The position numbers and the translations under genes are program-made. DNA of 29,509 nt from contig JARRRI010000032.1 of NCBI GenBank assembly GCA_037380845.1, positions 1 to 29,509 on the forward strand, given 5' to 3'. Of the stretch, positions 1 through 10,664 are shown in pieces. Positions within the stretch are counted from its first letter, which is position 1. Every line of letters begins with the position of its first letter. The DNA comes from Candidatus Sulfobium sp. (GTDB taxonomy: Bacteria; Nitrospirota; Thermodesulfovibrionia; Thermodesulfovibrionales; UBA6898). The notes under the pieces are model-generated. The model ran no database searches and was not told where the DNA came from. It saw nothing but the letters and a program-made list of their open reading frames with translations.

Positions 1-99
1 CGTCTCCACCATTCCCTGCCATCCAAGCTACACGGCTTCCGGCTCTTGCCGTGACGGGACTCTCACCCGCAAGTAAGCAGTACCCTTCGCTGGGCACGC
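1..99 (-). mobile_element. 5' end (start of domain I) of a group II intron, class C-like; continues beyond the left edge of the window
   Basis: The minus strand from 99 reads GCGTGCCCAGCGAAGGGTAC-TGCTTACTT-GCGGGTGAGAGTCCCG-TCACGGC-AAGAGCCGGAA-GCCGTG-TAGC. This gives a GUGYG-like 5' end (GCGUG variant), a GUGCCC/GGGUAC hairpin, the GGGUGAGAGUCCCG element and a further stem ending in UAGC. The order matches the 5' end of bacterial IIC introns as I recall it. The RT ORF and domains V/VI are outside the window. Confidence 0.8.
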
Positions 100-120
100 T
101 CAATAGTCAAGTCTGACCCC
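100..120. repeat. REP-like palindrome arm TCAATAGTCAAGTCTGACCCC (minus strand GGGGTCAGACTTGACTATTGA), forming the intron 5' exon
   Basis: Directly abuts the intron 5' end. Its core AAGTCTGACCCC recurs at 134-145. It resembles GGGGTCAG-type extragenic palindrome arms (recollection, not searched). Confidence 0.5.
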
Positions 121-153
121 ACCAGGCGCCACAAAGTCTGACCCCACCAGGCG
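109..153. repeat. 20-bp exact direct repeat AAGTCTGACCCCACCAGGCG (109-128 and 134-153)
   Basis: Read directly from the sequence; period 25 bp. Confidence 0.95.
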
Positions 154-159
154 GCATTG

Positions 160-261
160 ATGAAGCAGGTCAAGGTTCTCAGTGCAAAGATGGAAACCAC
201 TCAGAATTTACTTATAGAAGGGTGTCTGAGGGATTTCCTGAAGACCACAAAAAAGAGTTAA
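160..261 (+). pseudogene. Probable N-terminally truncated ribbon-helix-helix DNA-binding protein remnant (MKQVKVLSAKMETTQNLLIEGCLRDFLKTTKKS)
   Basis: 33-aa ORF whose pattern resembles the two helices of RHH proteins (K.L.ILSA....QN.LIE..L.D.L.K). An in-frame stop at 139-141, inside the repeat, cuts off the region that would encode the beta-ribbon. Confidence 0.35.
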
Positions 262-361
262 GCTGCCTTGTCCGGCAGGTTAATTCCCCCGTAATTTTGT
301 TGTCGGTGGGATGCGAGTAAAATCGCTACAGATAAGCCTATCACTGATCGCCCGCTTTATA

Positions 362-541
362 TCAGACTACTGAAATCCTGAAAAGTTCATTGCTTAATAA
401 TTTAACTGAAACCGCAGCAATTTTTAAATTCTTTGTTTGAAGGGTCTTCTTAATGATCCGGCACCCGAAAATATCCCGTAGGTCTTTTGGTATCTTCGCA
501 CGGAAATAGTAGTATCCCGGAAAGCGGTAAAGATGTCTCAC
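362..541 (-). pseudogene. Truncated tyrosine integrase remnant: DUF6538-like N-terminal DNA-binding domain only
   Basis: GTG at 541 with GGGAG upstream gives 59 aa, (M)RHLYRFPGYYYFRAKIPKDLRDIFGCRIIKKTLQTKNLKIA. This fits the DUF6538 pattern (Y..R...YYFR..VP.DL....G...I..SL.T). The region is AT-rich, lies next to the tRNA 3' end, and no catalytic domain follows. Confidence 0.7.
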
Positions 542-565
542 AAGGCTCCCTTCCGCCCCAAAAGA

Positions 566-585
566 TGACCTAAACGGTGACCTAA
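566..585. other. Candidate integrase arm-type binding sites: TGACCTAA x2 at 12-bp period
   Basis: TGACCTAA at 566-573 and 578-585, between the tRNA 3' end and the integrase remnant. Confidence 0.45.
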
Positions 586-614
586 TTTGGGACTGAAGCC
601 TATGAGTAAAGAGG

Positions 615-648
615 TAACCCATTAAAATCCTTATAAATCAATGGGTTA
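615..648. promoter_or_regulatory. Inverted repeat TAACCCATT/AATGGGTTA containing an IHF consensus site
   Basis: Arms at 615-623 and 640-648. Positions 636-648 (AATCAATGGGTTA) match WATCAANNNNTTR exactly, immediately 3' of the tRNA CCA end. Confidence 0.55.
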
Positions 649-650
649 AA

Positions 651-727
651 TGGTGGCGGTGCAGGGAATTGAACCCCGGACACTGCGGATATGAGCCGCA
701 TGCTCTAACCATCTGAGCTACACCGCC
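651..727 (-). tRNA. tRNA-Met(CAT), elongator type
   Basis: 77-nt cloverleaf GGCGGTGTAGCTCAGATGGTTAGAGCA-TGCGG-CTCATAT-CCGCA-GTGTCCGGGGTTCAATTCCCTGCACCGCCACCA with encoded CCA. The G1-C72 pair and the lack of three consecutive anticodon-stem G-C pairs of the GGG/CCC type argue against an initiator tRNA. Confidence 0.96.
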
Positions 728-774
728 CCTGAAAAAGACGTCGATCCCCGAAACGCCGGAACAACGAGAATATA

Positions 775-783
775 ATTATAACA
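775..783 (-). promoter_or_regulatory. Extended -10 promoter (TGtTATAAT) for tRNA-Met
   Basis: Perfect TGnTATAAT on the minus strand, ~48 nt upstream of the mature tRNA. No clear -35. Confidence 0.6.
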
Positions 784-833
784 GAAAAAGGCAATTTTCC
801 TCGCGCCAAGCAGCAAAGACACAAAAAAATTCG

Positions 834-963
834 CCACGGAGACACGGAGGCACGAAGTTGAAAAGATTTGCGGGGGAAAAAATAAAGAGACATGAACTGA
901 TGCAGCCTGGATATTTCCGCCCTTTCAGCAGAAATTTCTGTTACACTCTCAGTGTCTCCCTGG
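834..963. repeat. REP/MITE-like inverted repeat element (CCACGGAGACACGGAG ... CTCAGTGTCTCCCTGG)
   Basis: 16-bp arms at 834-849 and 948-963, 14/16 complementary, enclosing an AT-richer spacer between rodA and the tRNA. Confidence 0.6.
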
Positions 964-982
964 TAAACTGCCTTTTTCCGGG

Positions 983-2098
983 CTAATAAAACAACGCGAA
1001 GCGGCGGGTACGCACGTTTATCAGTACCCCCACGGAGATGAAATTGGAGAGCAGAGCGGTGCCGCCGTAGCTCATGAACGGCAGGGGTATACCCACCACG
1101 GGCATCACGCCGAGGGTCATGCCTATGTTGACGAAGAAATAGATCGTAAACATAAGCGTGATCCCGAGGGCCAGCATCCTCCCGAACCCGTCTTTCGCCT
1201 TGAGCGCAGTGTCAAGCCCGCGCATGATCAGGAGGAGGTAGAGGGCAAGAAGCACGATGCACCCCGCAAAGCCCCATTCCTCCGCGAATACCGCAAATAT
1301 AAAGTCGGTATGCCGTTCGGGGAGGAACCTGAACGGCCCCTGGGTCCCCTTCAGATAGCCTTTCCCGAGAAACTCCCCGGAGCCCACGGCTATCTTCGAC
1401 TGGTTTATGTGGTAGCCGATTCCGGCCGGGTCCGCCTGCGGATCGATGAAGGCCACGAGCCTGTTCTTCTGGTAGTCCTTGAGCCCCGTCCACATTATGT
1501 TGCCCAGGAAAGGAAGAGAAATTATGCTGATGGCAACGATCATGATGACCGCTTTCTTCTTCAGCCCCTTGGAAAGTATCATCGAAACAAATATTGCAAA
1601 TACCACGACCGCCGTGCCCAGGTCCGGCTGTTTGAAGAGGAGCCCGAAAGGGATAAAAACTACCATGAAGAAGACCTTGAGAAGCTCCCCGATTCCCGCC
1701 GGGCCGGTCATTCCGCTTAAATACCGTGAAAGCATCAATACCAGCTTGAAGAATTCGGAGGGCTGAAACGCCACGGGACCCAGGCTTATCCATCTCTGCG
1801 CCCCCATGCCTACCTTCCCCGAGACAAGCACTACGCCCAGAAGTATCAGGCCCACTACATAGGCTATCAGTGCCGTCCTGGCAAGCCATATGTAATCGAA
1901 GCTCACAAAGACGACCAGCCCCGCAACCCCTATCGCAAACCATATCATCTGCTTCAGGAAAAGGGGTGACTGGACGGCCGCCATGGGCTGGCGGGTCGCA
2001 CTGAAGATAGTCATGACCCCTATAGCCGATATCGCCACCACGGTCAGGAAGGTGATCCAGTCGAAATTCTTTACCAGCCTCCTGTCAATTCTGAACAT
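983..2098 (-). CDS. rodA: Rod shape-determining SEDS peptidoglycan glycosyltransferase RodA
   Basis: GAQRWI, FQPSEF, QPDLGT, GYHINQSKIAVGSG, FLPERHTDFIF and PFMSYGG motifs; lies downstream of mrdA. Start placed at ATG 2098 (MFRIDRR). Confidence 0.97.
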   Translation of the reverse strand: MFRIDRRLVKNFDWITFLTVVAISAIGVMTIFSATRQPMAAVQSPLFLKQMIWFAIGVAGLVVFVSFDYIWLARTALIAYVVGLILLGVVLVSGKVGMGAQRWISLGPVAFQPSEFFKLVLMLSRYLSGMTGPAGIGELLKVFFMVVFIPFGLLFKQPDLGTAVVVFAIFVSMILSKGLKKKAVIMIVAISIISLPFLGNIMWTGLKDYQKNRLVAFIDPQADPAGIGYHINQSKIAVGSGEFLGKGYLKGTQGPFRFLPERHTDFIFAVFAEEWGFAGCIVLLALYLLLIMRGLDTALKAKDGFGRMLALGITLMFTIYFFVNIGMTLGVMPVVGIPLPFMSYGGTALLSNFISVGVLINVRTRRFALFY

Positions 2099-3908
2099 CG
2101 GCGACCGCCTTCTCACCTTTCGCCGCCCTGGCGGCGTTTTCCAGAAACTCCTTTTTCTTTTCGGGGGACAGCATATAGGCCTCTATGGCCGCCTTGGCTA
2201 TCGGGGAAGCCGCGCTTCCTCCGTGGCCTCCGTGTTCGACCAAAACGGAGGCTGCTATCTCGGGCTTGATGATAGGCGCAAAGGCGACGAACCACGCGTG
2301 GTCCCTGTACTTTTCCGGCAAGTTGCCGGAAGACTTTCGGATACCGACCACCTGTGCCGTCCCTGTCTTACCGCCTATAAGGGTCACGTCGGACCTGGCC
2401 GCCCCGGCCGTACCGTGCGGTTCGTTCACCACGCCTGCGAGGGCCTCCTTCACGGTTTCCAGCGTCGGGGCGCTCACCCCCGCCTTCATCTCCAGAACCG
2501 GTTTGGCGTCTTTCAGAATAAGGGGTTTGTAAACATTGCCGCCGTTTGATACGGCGCTTATCATCACTGCCTGCTGTATTGGTGTCACCAGCACATATCC
2601 CTGCCCGATGGCGTTGACGAAGGTCTCCCCGAGATACCACGGCTTCTTCTTTTTCTCTTCCTTCCAGCGCGCGTCGGGGATCAGCCCCGCCTTTTCCGTG
2701 CCGATCGTGATGCCGGTCTTTCTCCCCAGACCGAACCTGACCGCATACTCATGGATCCTCTCTATGCCCAGGAGCCTTCCCACCTCGTAAAAAAAGACAT
2801 CGCAGGACTCCACCAGCGCCCTGTGGAGAGATATGTGGCCGTGTCCGCTGTGTTTCCAGCAACGGAATCGCCATCTGCCGACGCTTATCGCACCCCTGCA
2901 GTCTTCTACCGTCTTGTCGTCGATGACGTGCGTCTCCAGTCCGGCGACGGCATCGATTATCTTGAAGGTCGAGCCAGGCGGATACTGGCTCTGGAGCGCC
3001 CTGTTCAGCATCGGCTTTTTATCGTTGTCGCTCAGCGCCAGCCAGTCGTCATAGCTAATCCCCTTCACGAATTTGTTGGGGTCGAACTCGGGCGAACTGA
3101 CCATCCCCAGGACCTCGCCGGTATCCGGTTTCAGTGCCACAAAGGCGCCGGCCCTCCCTTTGAAAGCCTTATCCGCGGCCTCTTCCACGGCCATATCTAT
3201 GCTGAGAACCAGGTTCTGCCCTTTCACCGGAGGGACCTCCTTAAGGAGCCTTATCTCCCTCCCCAGGGCGTCCACTTCGATGATCCTCTGGCCGGCGATA
3301 CCCCTCAGACTCTTGTCGAACAGTCTCTCCGCGCCCCACTGTCCGATAAAAGCCCCAGGGGGCACATCGCTGAATTCCGGGTTTTTCGCCTGTCTTGGAG
3401 TGGGCTTGCCGAGATACCCTATCAGGTGGGCTCCGGCAGGTCCGTAAAGGTATTTCCTGCTCTCCCCTACGTCGATAAAAAGCCCCGGAAAATCGGAGCG
3501 GCGGGCTTCGATGAAGCTCACATCGGGAAAGGACAGACCCTCCTTAAGTCTTACGGGAATCATGGGACTCCGTCCCGTATTGGAGAGCTTCTTCTCTATT
3601 TCTCCGGCCGGCACGTCGATCATAGCGGACAGGGCCGGTATCCTGCTCCTGTCGAAATCCGCCGGCATGACGGATACGGAAAAATAGGGGACATTCTTTA
3701 CCAGGGCAATCCCGTTTCTGTCGTATATGATGCCCCGCGGGGCGGGTATCCCTATCACCCGCATCCGGTTGGACTCGGACATCTTCCTGAATTCATCCCC
3801 CTGCAATATCTGGAGCTGCCAGAGCCTGGCAGCTATGACCAGGAACCCCAGTACGATGATATACCCTGCGGTGGCGATCTTGTCACGACCCTTCTTCTCA
3901 GTCAGCAT
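2085..3908 (-). CDS. mrdA: Penicillin-binding protein 2
   Basis: N-terminal TM helix, APRGIIYDRNG, SxxK (STFK), SCD (the PBP2-type SxD) and KTGTAQ; mre operon context. Confidence 0.97.
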   Translation of the reverse strand: MLTEKKGRDKIATAGYIIVLGFLVIAARLWQLQILQGDEFRKMSESNRMRVIGIPAPRGIIYDRNGIALVKNVPYFSVSVMPADFDRSRIPALSAMIDVPAGEIEKKLSNTGRSPMIPVRLKEGLSFPDVSFIEARRSDFPGLFIDVGESRKYLYGPAGAHLIGYLGKPTPRQAKNPEFSDVPPGAFIGQWGAERLFDKSLRGIAGQRIIEVDALGREIRLLKEVPPVKGQNLVLSIDMAVEEAADKAFKGRAGAFVALKPDTGEVLGMVSSPEFDPNKFVKGISYDDWLALSDNDKKPMLNRALQSQYPPGSTFKIIDAVAGLETHVIDDKTVEDCRGAISVGRWRFRCWKHSGHGHISLHRALVESCDVFFYEVGRLLGIERIHEYAVRFGLGRKTGITIGTEKAGLIPDARWKEEKKKKPWYLGETFVNAIGQGYVLVTPIQQAVMISAVSNGGNVYKPLILKDAKPVLEMKAGVSAPTLETVKEALAGVVNEPHGTAGAARSDVTLIGGKTGTAQVVGIRKSSGNLPEKYRDHAWFVAFAPIIKPEIAASVLVEHGGHGGSAASPIAKAAIEAYMLSPEKKKEFLENAARAAKGEKAVADVQN

Positions 3909-4353
3909 GGCGCGGCCTTATGAATATGCCCGCCGGGGCGCTCAGAAGTGATTGTATGGCGGCTATATAAAGAGCTGTAGTGGGCATGGCGGGCATCCCC
4001 TGGAAGAAGCTCCTCAGCAGAAAGACGACGGAGTTGTCGACGAAGGTCAGCATGCCGATCGCCATTGCCCCCAGGACGGGGGTCCACATGAAGATGCCCC
4101 CGGAGACAAAAAAGGAGGCGAAAAAACCTATCAGCCCTTTTGCAAGCAGGTTGGGCCCTATTATCGCCGAGGATACGCTGTCTTCTATCGCGCCTATGAG
4201 GACCCCGATCACGAGACCGCGGCGCTCGCCATAGCGTATTCCCGCATAGTATGCCAGGAGCGCGGTGAGATCGGGTTTTACATCAAAGAAGGAAAGCCTG
4301 CTCTGAAGGAAAAGAGCCAGGAAAACCGCAATCACCCAACCGATATATTTCAC
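3898..4353 (-). CDS. mreD: Rod shape-determining protein MreD
   Basis: 151-aa hydrophobic protein with PDL..L and G.I.D motifs, between mreC and mrdA; GTGA overlap with the mreC stop. Confidence 0.9.
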   Translation of the reverse strand: MKYIGWVIAVFLALFLQSRLSFFDVKPDLTALLAYYAGIRYGERRGLVIGVLIGAIEDSVSSAIIGPNLLAKGLIGFFASFFVSGGIFMWTPVLGAMAIGMLTFVDNSVVFLLRSFFQGMPAMPTTALYIAAIQSLLSAPAGIFIRPRHAD

Positions 4354-5132
4354 TTTACTATCGCCACTTCCTCCAGTTTGGCGCCGTCCTGGAAAGGCGT
4401 CACCTCGATATACTGAAACATCCCGCTTCTGCTCTCCCTGTCGACCTTCGAGACATATCCGGCCGGTATCCCCGGCGGGAAGAGCCGGTCAAGCCCGGAT
4501 GTAATCACCACCTCCCCGACTTTGACATCTTCGTCCTGGGGAACGTACCTGAGCATGCAGACACTGCCGCCGGTACCCGACAGGACACCCTCCTTACGGC
4601 TGTCCTCCAGTCTCACGGCGGCAGAGAAATTGATGTCCGTGACAGGCAGCAGGTCAGAGTAGGAACCGGCAACGTTCAGGACCTTTCCGGCAAGGCCCAG
4701 GGGCGTCACGGCCGCCATGTCCCTTCGCACTCCGTCTTCACTGCCCTTGTCTATCACCAGTATGCGGGACCACCTGTCGACGCTCTTTCCGATAACCTCG
4801 GCGGCGGCGACAAAGTCGACTTTTTCGTCACGGAGATCGAGGAGGCCCCTCAGACGCCTGTTTTCGAGCAGCGCCTCCCGGTACTTCTGCCTCTCCCTCA
4901 ACAGCTCGTCGACCCGCCGCCTCAGCCTTGCATTTTCCTCTTCACGCAGGGTGAACTTTCTGAAAGGGGCCGCAATTGCCCTTCCGAGGTAGTGGACGGC
5001 GGCATGGGAGTTGTCGAGCATCACATTCAGAAAATCGCCGGACCGTGCGTGTTCTCTACTGCTCTGGTAGGTCATTAATGCAAAGGCGATTATCACCACG
5101 GCAAAAAAGAGAAAAGTCCTTCTTTTGGGCAT
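4350..5132 (-). CDS. mreC: Rod shape-determining protein MreC
   Basis: N-terminal TM helix, coiled coil (EEN.RLR...ENRRLR.LL), IDKGSEDGV and TSGLDRLFPPGIP. Confidence 0.96.
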   Translation of the reverse strand: MPKRRTFLFFAVVIIAFALMTYQSSREHARSGDFLNVMLDNSHAAVHYLGRAIAAPFRKFTLREEENARLRRRVDELLRERQKYREALLENRRLRGLLDLRDEKVDFVAAAEVIGKSVDRWSRILVIDKGSEDGVRRDMAAVTPLGLAGKVLNVAGSYSDLLPVTDINFSAAVRLEDSRKEGVLSGTGGSVCMLRYVPQDEDVKVGEVVITSGLDRLFPPGIPAGYVSKVDRESRSGMFQYIEVTPFQDGAKLEEVAIVK

Positions 5133-5134
5133 TA

Positions 5135-6166
5135 TCAGTTTATGGCTACTCTCCGAAGCATCTCAAGTTCATCGAGCATCTTCCCCACACCCAGTACGAC
5201 GGCGGTAAGCGGGTTCTCAGCTACGATTACGGGCAGGCTGGTCTCTTCTTTTATAAGGCTGTCCAGCCCGCGGAGAAGGGCCCCTCCCCCGGCAAGGACT
5301 ATGCCCCTGTCGACGATATCCGCGGCGAGCTCGGGCGGCGTATTCTCAAGGGCCACCTTGATGGTATCCACGATCACATTCACCGGCTCGGAGAGGGCCT
5401 CCCTTATCTCGTCCTCATTTATGGTGATGGTCTTGGGTATGCCGGAGATCAGGTCCCGGCCCTTGATGTTCATCACGCGCTTCTCCTGGCCCTCCGGTAC
5501 ATAAGCGGAGCCAAGTTCTATCTTTATCTGTTCGGTCGTCATCTCGCCGATCATCAGGTTGTACCTTCTCTTTATATAGCCCATTATTGACTCGTCCATC
5601 TTGTCGCCGCCCACCCTGACAGCCTTGCTGTAGACCACGCCGTCGAGGGAAATCACGGCGACGTCGGTGGTGCCGCCGCCGATATCCACGATCATGTTTC
5701 CGGACGGTTCTCCCACCGGCAGCCCCACGCCGATGGCCGCGGCCATCGGCTCCTCGATAAGATAGACCTCCCGGGCGCCCGAGGCCTCGGCTGCGTCCTT
5801 TACGGCCCTCTGCTCCACCTGGGTTATACCTGACGGCACCCCTATGATCACCCTCGGCGATACGAAGCTCGCCCTGTTATGGACCTTTTTGATAAAGTAT
5901 TTGAGCATCTCTCCGGTGGCGTCGAAATCCGCGATGACCCCGTCCTTCATCGGTCTGAGGGCGGTTATGTTGGCGGGTGTCTTGCCGAGCATCCTCTTGG
6001 CGTCCGTCCCCACGGCAACGGTCTTCTTGTTGTCCTTCCTTATAACGACAACGGACGGTTCATCGCATACAATACCCTTCCCTTTTACGTAAACAAGAGT
6101 ATTTGCGGTGCCGAGGTCTATAGCGAGATCGTTCGAGAATAAACCGAGTATCTTTTGGAAAAACAT
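5135..6166 (-). CDS. mreB: Actin-like rod shape-determining protein MreB
   Basis: [37 protein letters not shown] and GGGALL; GGAGG RBS. Confidence 0.99.
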   Translation of the reverse strand: MFFQKILGLFSNDLAIDLGTANTLVYVKGKGIVCDEPSVVVIRKDNKKTVAVGTDAKRMLGKTPANITALRPMKDGVIADFDATGEMLKYFIKKVHNRASFVSPRVIIGVPSGITQVEQRAVKDAAEASGAREVYLIEEPMAAAIGVGLPVGEPSGNMIVDIGGGTTDVAVISLDGVVYSKAVRVGGDKMDESIMGYIKRRYNLMIGEMTTEQIKIELGSAYVPEGQEKRVMNIKGRDLISGIPKTITINEDEIREALSEPVNVIVDTIKVALENTPPELAADIVDRGIVLAGGGALLRGLDSLIKEETSLPVIVAENPLTAVVLGVGKMLDELEMLRRVAIN

Positions 6167-6185
6167 CGTGCCTCCACAGCAGCAG

Positions 6186-6590
6186 TCAGGTTTCTACCAC
6201 TATCGTCCCGGCAATGGTGTCGCCGAGACGCGCTCCATCGTCGCTTCCCAGAATCAGTACAAATTCAACGCAAAATGCAGCCAGAATGAAGACCCAGCCG
6301 ATCAGCGGAATGCCCCACAGGACGTATCCGATCGCAAGCGTGCTGTTTCTCAAAATGGACTCTCTGAAAGAACAGGGTGCCAGCGTTTCTTTCGACAGGA
6401 CCTTCAGCCTGATCAGCTTTTTGCCTATGCTCCTGCCGTCAAAAAAACCGTCCCCGAGGAGGAGGTAGGTCAGGCCGGCAAAATATCCCGCCTTGGGTAT
6501 CACTTCCATGGCCGCGGCGATCAGAATAAAGTCGATGATTTTCGCCGCGGTCCTCAAAAGAAGTCCCGCTCTTTTTTGCTCCTCCGACAT
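6186..6590 (-). CDS. RDD family membrane protein
   Basis: AGLLLR.AA.IID, G.SIGKKL..LKV, R....RN and RLGD.IAGT.VV match the RDD pattern. Confidence 0.9.
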   Translation of the reverse strand: MSEEQKRAGLLLRTAAKIIDFILIAAAMEVIPKAGYFAGLTYLLLGDGFFDGRSIGKKLIRLKVLSKETLAPCSFRESILRNSTLAIGYVLWGIPLIGWVFILAAFCVEFVLILGSDDGARLGDTIAGTIVVET

Positions 6591-6595
6591 CTCAA

Positions 6596-6625
6596 ATAGT
6601 AACAGAAGCCTCTGCCGTATTTCAA
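6596..6625 (-). promoter_or_regulatory. Sigma70-like promoter of RDD-mre operon, probably leaderless
   Basis: TTGAAA (6625-6620), 18 bp ending in TGt, TACTAT (6601-6596), 5 nt, then ATG (6590); no SD. Confidence 0.65.
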
Positions 6626-6933
6626 TGGAACCGCCGGGTTATCAGTCTTCATCAGCGTCCGACAGTTGAACACCCGTCAACCTGAAATCTCCCCTCACCC
6701 GTGTCAGCGATATGGTCCTTGAGCATAAATCCGGCGGACACGCCGACAAAGCCGGATCACCGGAAATTTCCCCTACTAGCGGGGGGGCATGGGGTCGATT
6801 CCTTGTCGTGATCCCTTGTTGAGCCTCCGCTTTTTGGCTTCACAACTCCTTTGCCCTCCTTTTTCACACGGAATTAAATGAAACTCCCTTGTCACTTCAT
6901 GGCAGCCCGTACTGGAATTCAGCCGAAACAGCG

Positions 6934-6942
6934 TGGTAAAAT
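6934..6942 (+). promoter_or_regulatory. Candidate extended -10 (TGgTAAAAT) for DUF1015-gap-pgk
   Basis: TGG-TAAAAT about 35 nt upstream of ATG 6977; -35 weak. Confidence 0.4.
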
Positions 6943-6976
6943 ATCGAATCTTTTTTTCTCAGGGGTATATCAATCC

Positions 6977-9255
<2,279 letters not shown>

Positions 9256-9258
9256 CAA

Positions 9259-10494
9259 ATGGCCAGGAAGAACAACGCAAATACGCTTTCGATCAAGGAC
9301 GTCCTCAATAAACTCTCCGTCGACGAGCTTGATATAGGAGGCAAAAGGGTCTTTATACGGGCGGACTTCAATGTACCTCTGGACGACAACCTCCGCATTA
9401 CGGACGACAGCAGGATACGCTCTACAATCCCGACCATCAATTATGCCATCGACGAAGGCGCGAAGGTCATATTGGCCTCCCACCTGGGGAGGCCGAAGGG
9501 AAAGCCGGACCCCAGGTACAGCCTGGCTCCGGTTGCCAAAAGACTCCACAGGCTGCTGGGGAAAGAAGTCATATTCGCCCCGGATTGCGTGGGACCGCAG
9601 GTGGAAAGCCTGGTGGCGAAGATGAACGACGGCGATGTCCTGCTCCTGGAGAACCTGAGATACCACGCCGAAGAGGAAAAGAACGACGAGGAATTCGCAC
9701 GCATGCTCTCGCGACTGGCCGATTTCTATATAAACGACGCTTTCGGCGCCGCTCACAGGGCGCACGCATCGACTGTCGGGATCCCCAACTTCCTGCCGTC
9801 GGCCGCAGGTTTCCTGATGAAGCGGGAAATAGAGTATCTCAAGGGGGTAGTGAACAATCCGGTGCGGCCCTTTGTCGCCATCCTGGGAGGCGCGAAGGTT
9901 TCGGGCAAGATAGGGGTTCTGGAACATCTGGAGGCCAAGGTCGACAAGGTGCTGATAGGCGGCGGTATGGCTTTTACGTTCATCAAGGCGATGGGGTACG
10001 AAGTCGGGGATTCCCTCGTCGAAAACGACATGCTCGATATGGCCCAGAGGATCAGGAAGAAACTCAAGAACGCGGGGATAAAATTCTATCTGCCGGTGGA
10101 CTGCGTGATCGCCCAGAGCCTTGAGCCGGGTGCGGAGACCAAGATAGTCCCCACCATGGAGATACCGAAGGGTTGGAGGGCACTGGACATAGGACCCGCC
10201 ACTGTAAAGCTTTTTTCCGAGGCGCTCGCGAATGCGAAAACCATATTATGGAACGGACCGATGGGTATTTTCGAGATCGACGCGTTCTCCAGGGGGACCT
10301 TCGCCATCGCGCACTCGGTCGCCGACGCTTACGCCCTGACCATTGTCGGGGGAGGCGATACGGACCTTGCGGTCCACAGGGCCGGGGTCTCGGACGCCCT
10401 TTCATTCATATCAACAGGAGGCGGCGCCTCCCTGCAGCTGCTGGAGGGAAAGGAGCTGCCCGGCATAGCCGCTCTGACTGACAGGAAGACCTAA
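9259..10494 (+). CDS. pgk: Phosphoglycerate kinase
   Basis: RADFNVP, SHLGRP, LLENLRY, DAFGAAHRAHAS, GGAKVSGK and STGGGASL. Confidence 0.99.
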   Translation: MARKNNANTLSIKDVLNKLSVDELDIGGKRVFIRADFNVPLDDNLRITDDSRIRSTIPTINYAIDEGAKVILASHLGRPKGKPDPRYSLAPVAKRLHRLLGKEVIFAPDCVGPQVESLVAKMNDGDVLLLENLRYHAEEEKNDEEFARMLSRLADFYINDAFGAAHRAHASTVGIPNFLPSAAGFLMKREIEYLKGVVNNPVRPFVAILGGAKVSGKIGVLEHLEAKVDKVLIGGGMAFTFIKAMGYEVGDSLVENDMLDMAQRIRKKLKNAGIKFYLPVDCVIAQSLEPGAETKIVPTMEIPKGWRALDIGPATVKLFSEALANAKTILWNGPMGIFEIDAFSRGTFAIAHSVADAYALTIVGGGDTDLAVHRAGVSDALSFISTGGGASLQLLEGKELPGIAALTDRKT

Positions 10495-10574
10495 CAGACG
10501 TAAGAGTGTGTCGGCCTGGGTGGTTACCGCCGGCAAAGAAGGATAATATATTTCCTGAAACGGCCTGAGCAATC

Positions 10575-10609
10575 AAAAAATCCCCGGTGGGCAGACGCCC
10601 GCCGGGGAT
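10575..10609 (-). terminator. Rho-independent terminator between convergent pgk and speD
   Basis: 13-bp stem ATCCCCGGTGGGC / GCCCGCCGGGGAT (10580-10592 and 10597-10609, one non-WC pair) with a 4-nt loop. It is followed by a U-tract on the minus strand and may act in both directions. Confidence 0.8.
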
Positions 10610-10664
10610 ACTGTTTCACTGTACCCGTCATCACCGGAAAAGCCCTCCCGGACTCTTTTAAGAC

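Noticed and set aside
109..153. Direct repeats as a CRISPR remnant
   Set aside because: Only two 20-bp copies separated by 5 bp.
651..727. Initiator tRNA-fMet or tRNA-Ile2 assignment
   Set aside because: The paired G1-C72 and the GGCGGTGTAG acceptor/D-arm sequence fit elongator Met better. Ile2 is not formally excluded without a covariance model.
6630..6880. Possible small gene or ncRNA in the divergent RDD/DUF1015 intergenic region (minus-strand AGGAG followed by a 28-aa GTG ORF)
   Set aside because: The SD-to-start spacing is poor, the peptide is unrecognisable, and I cannot identify a conserved RNA motif.
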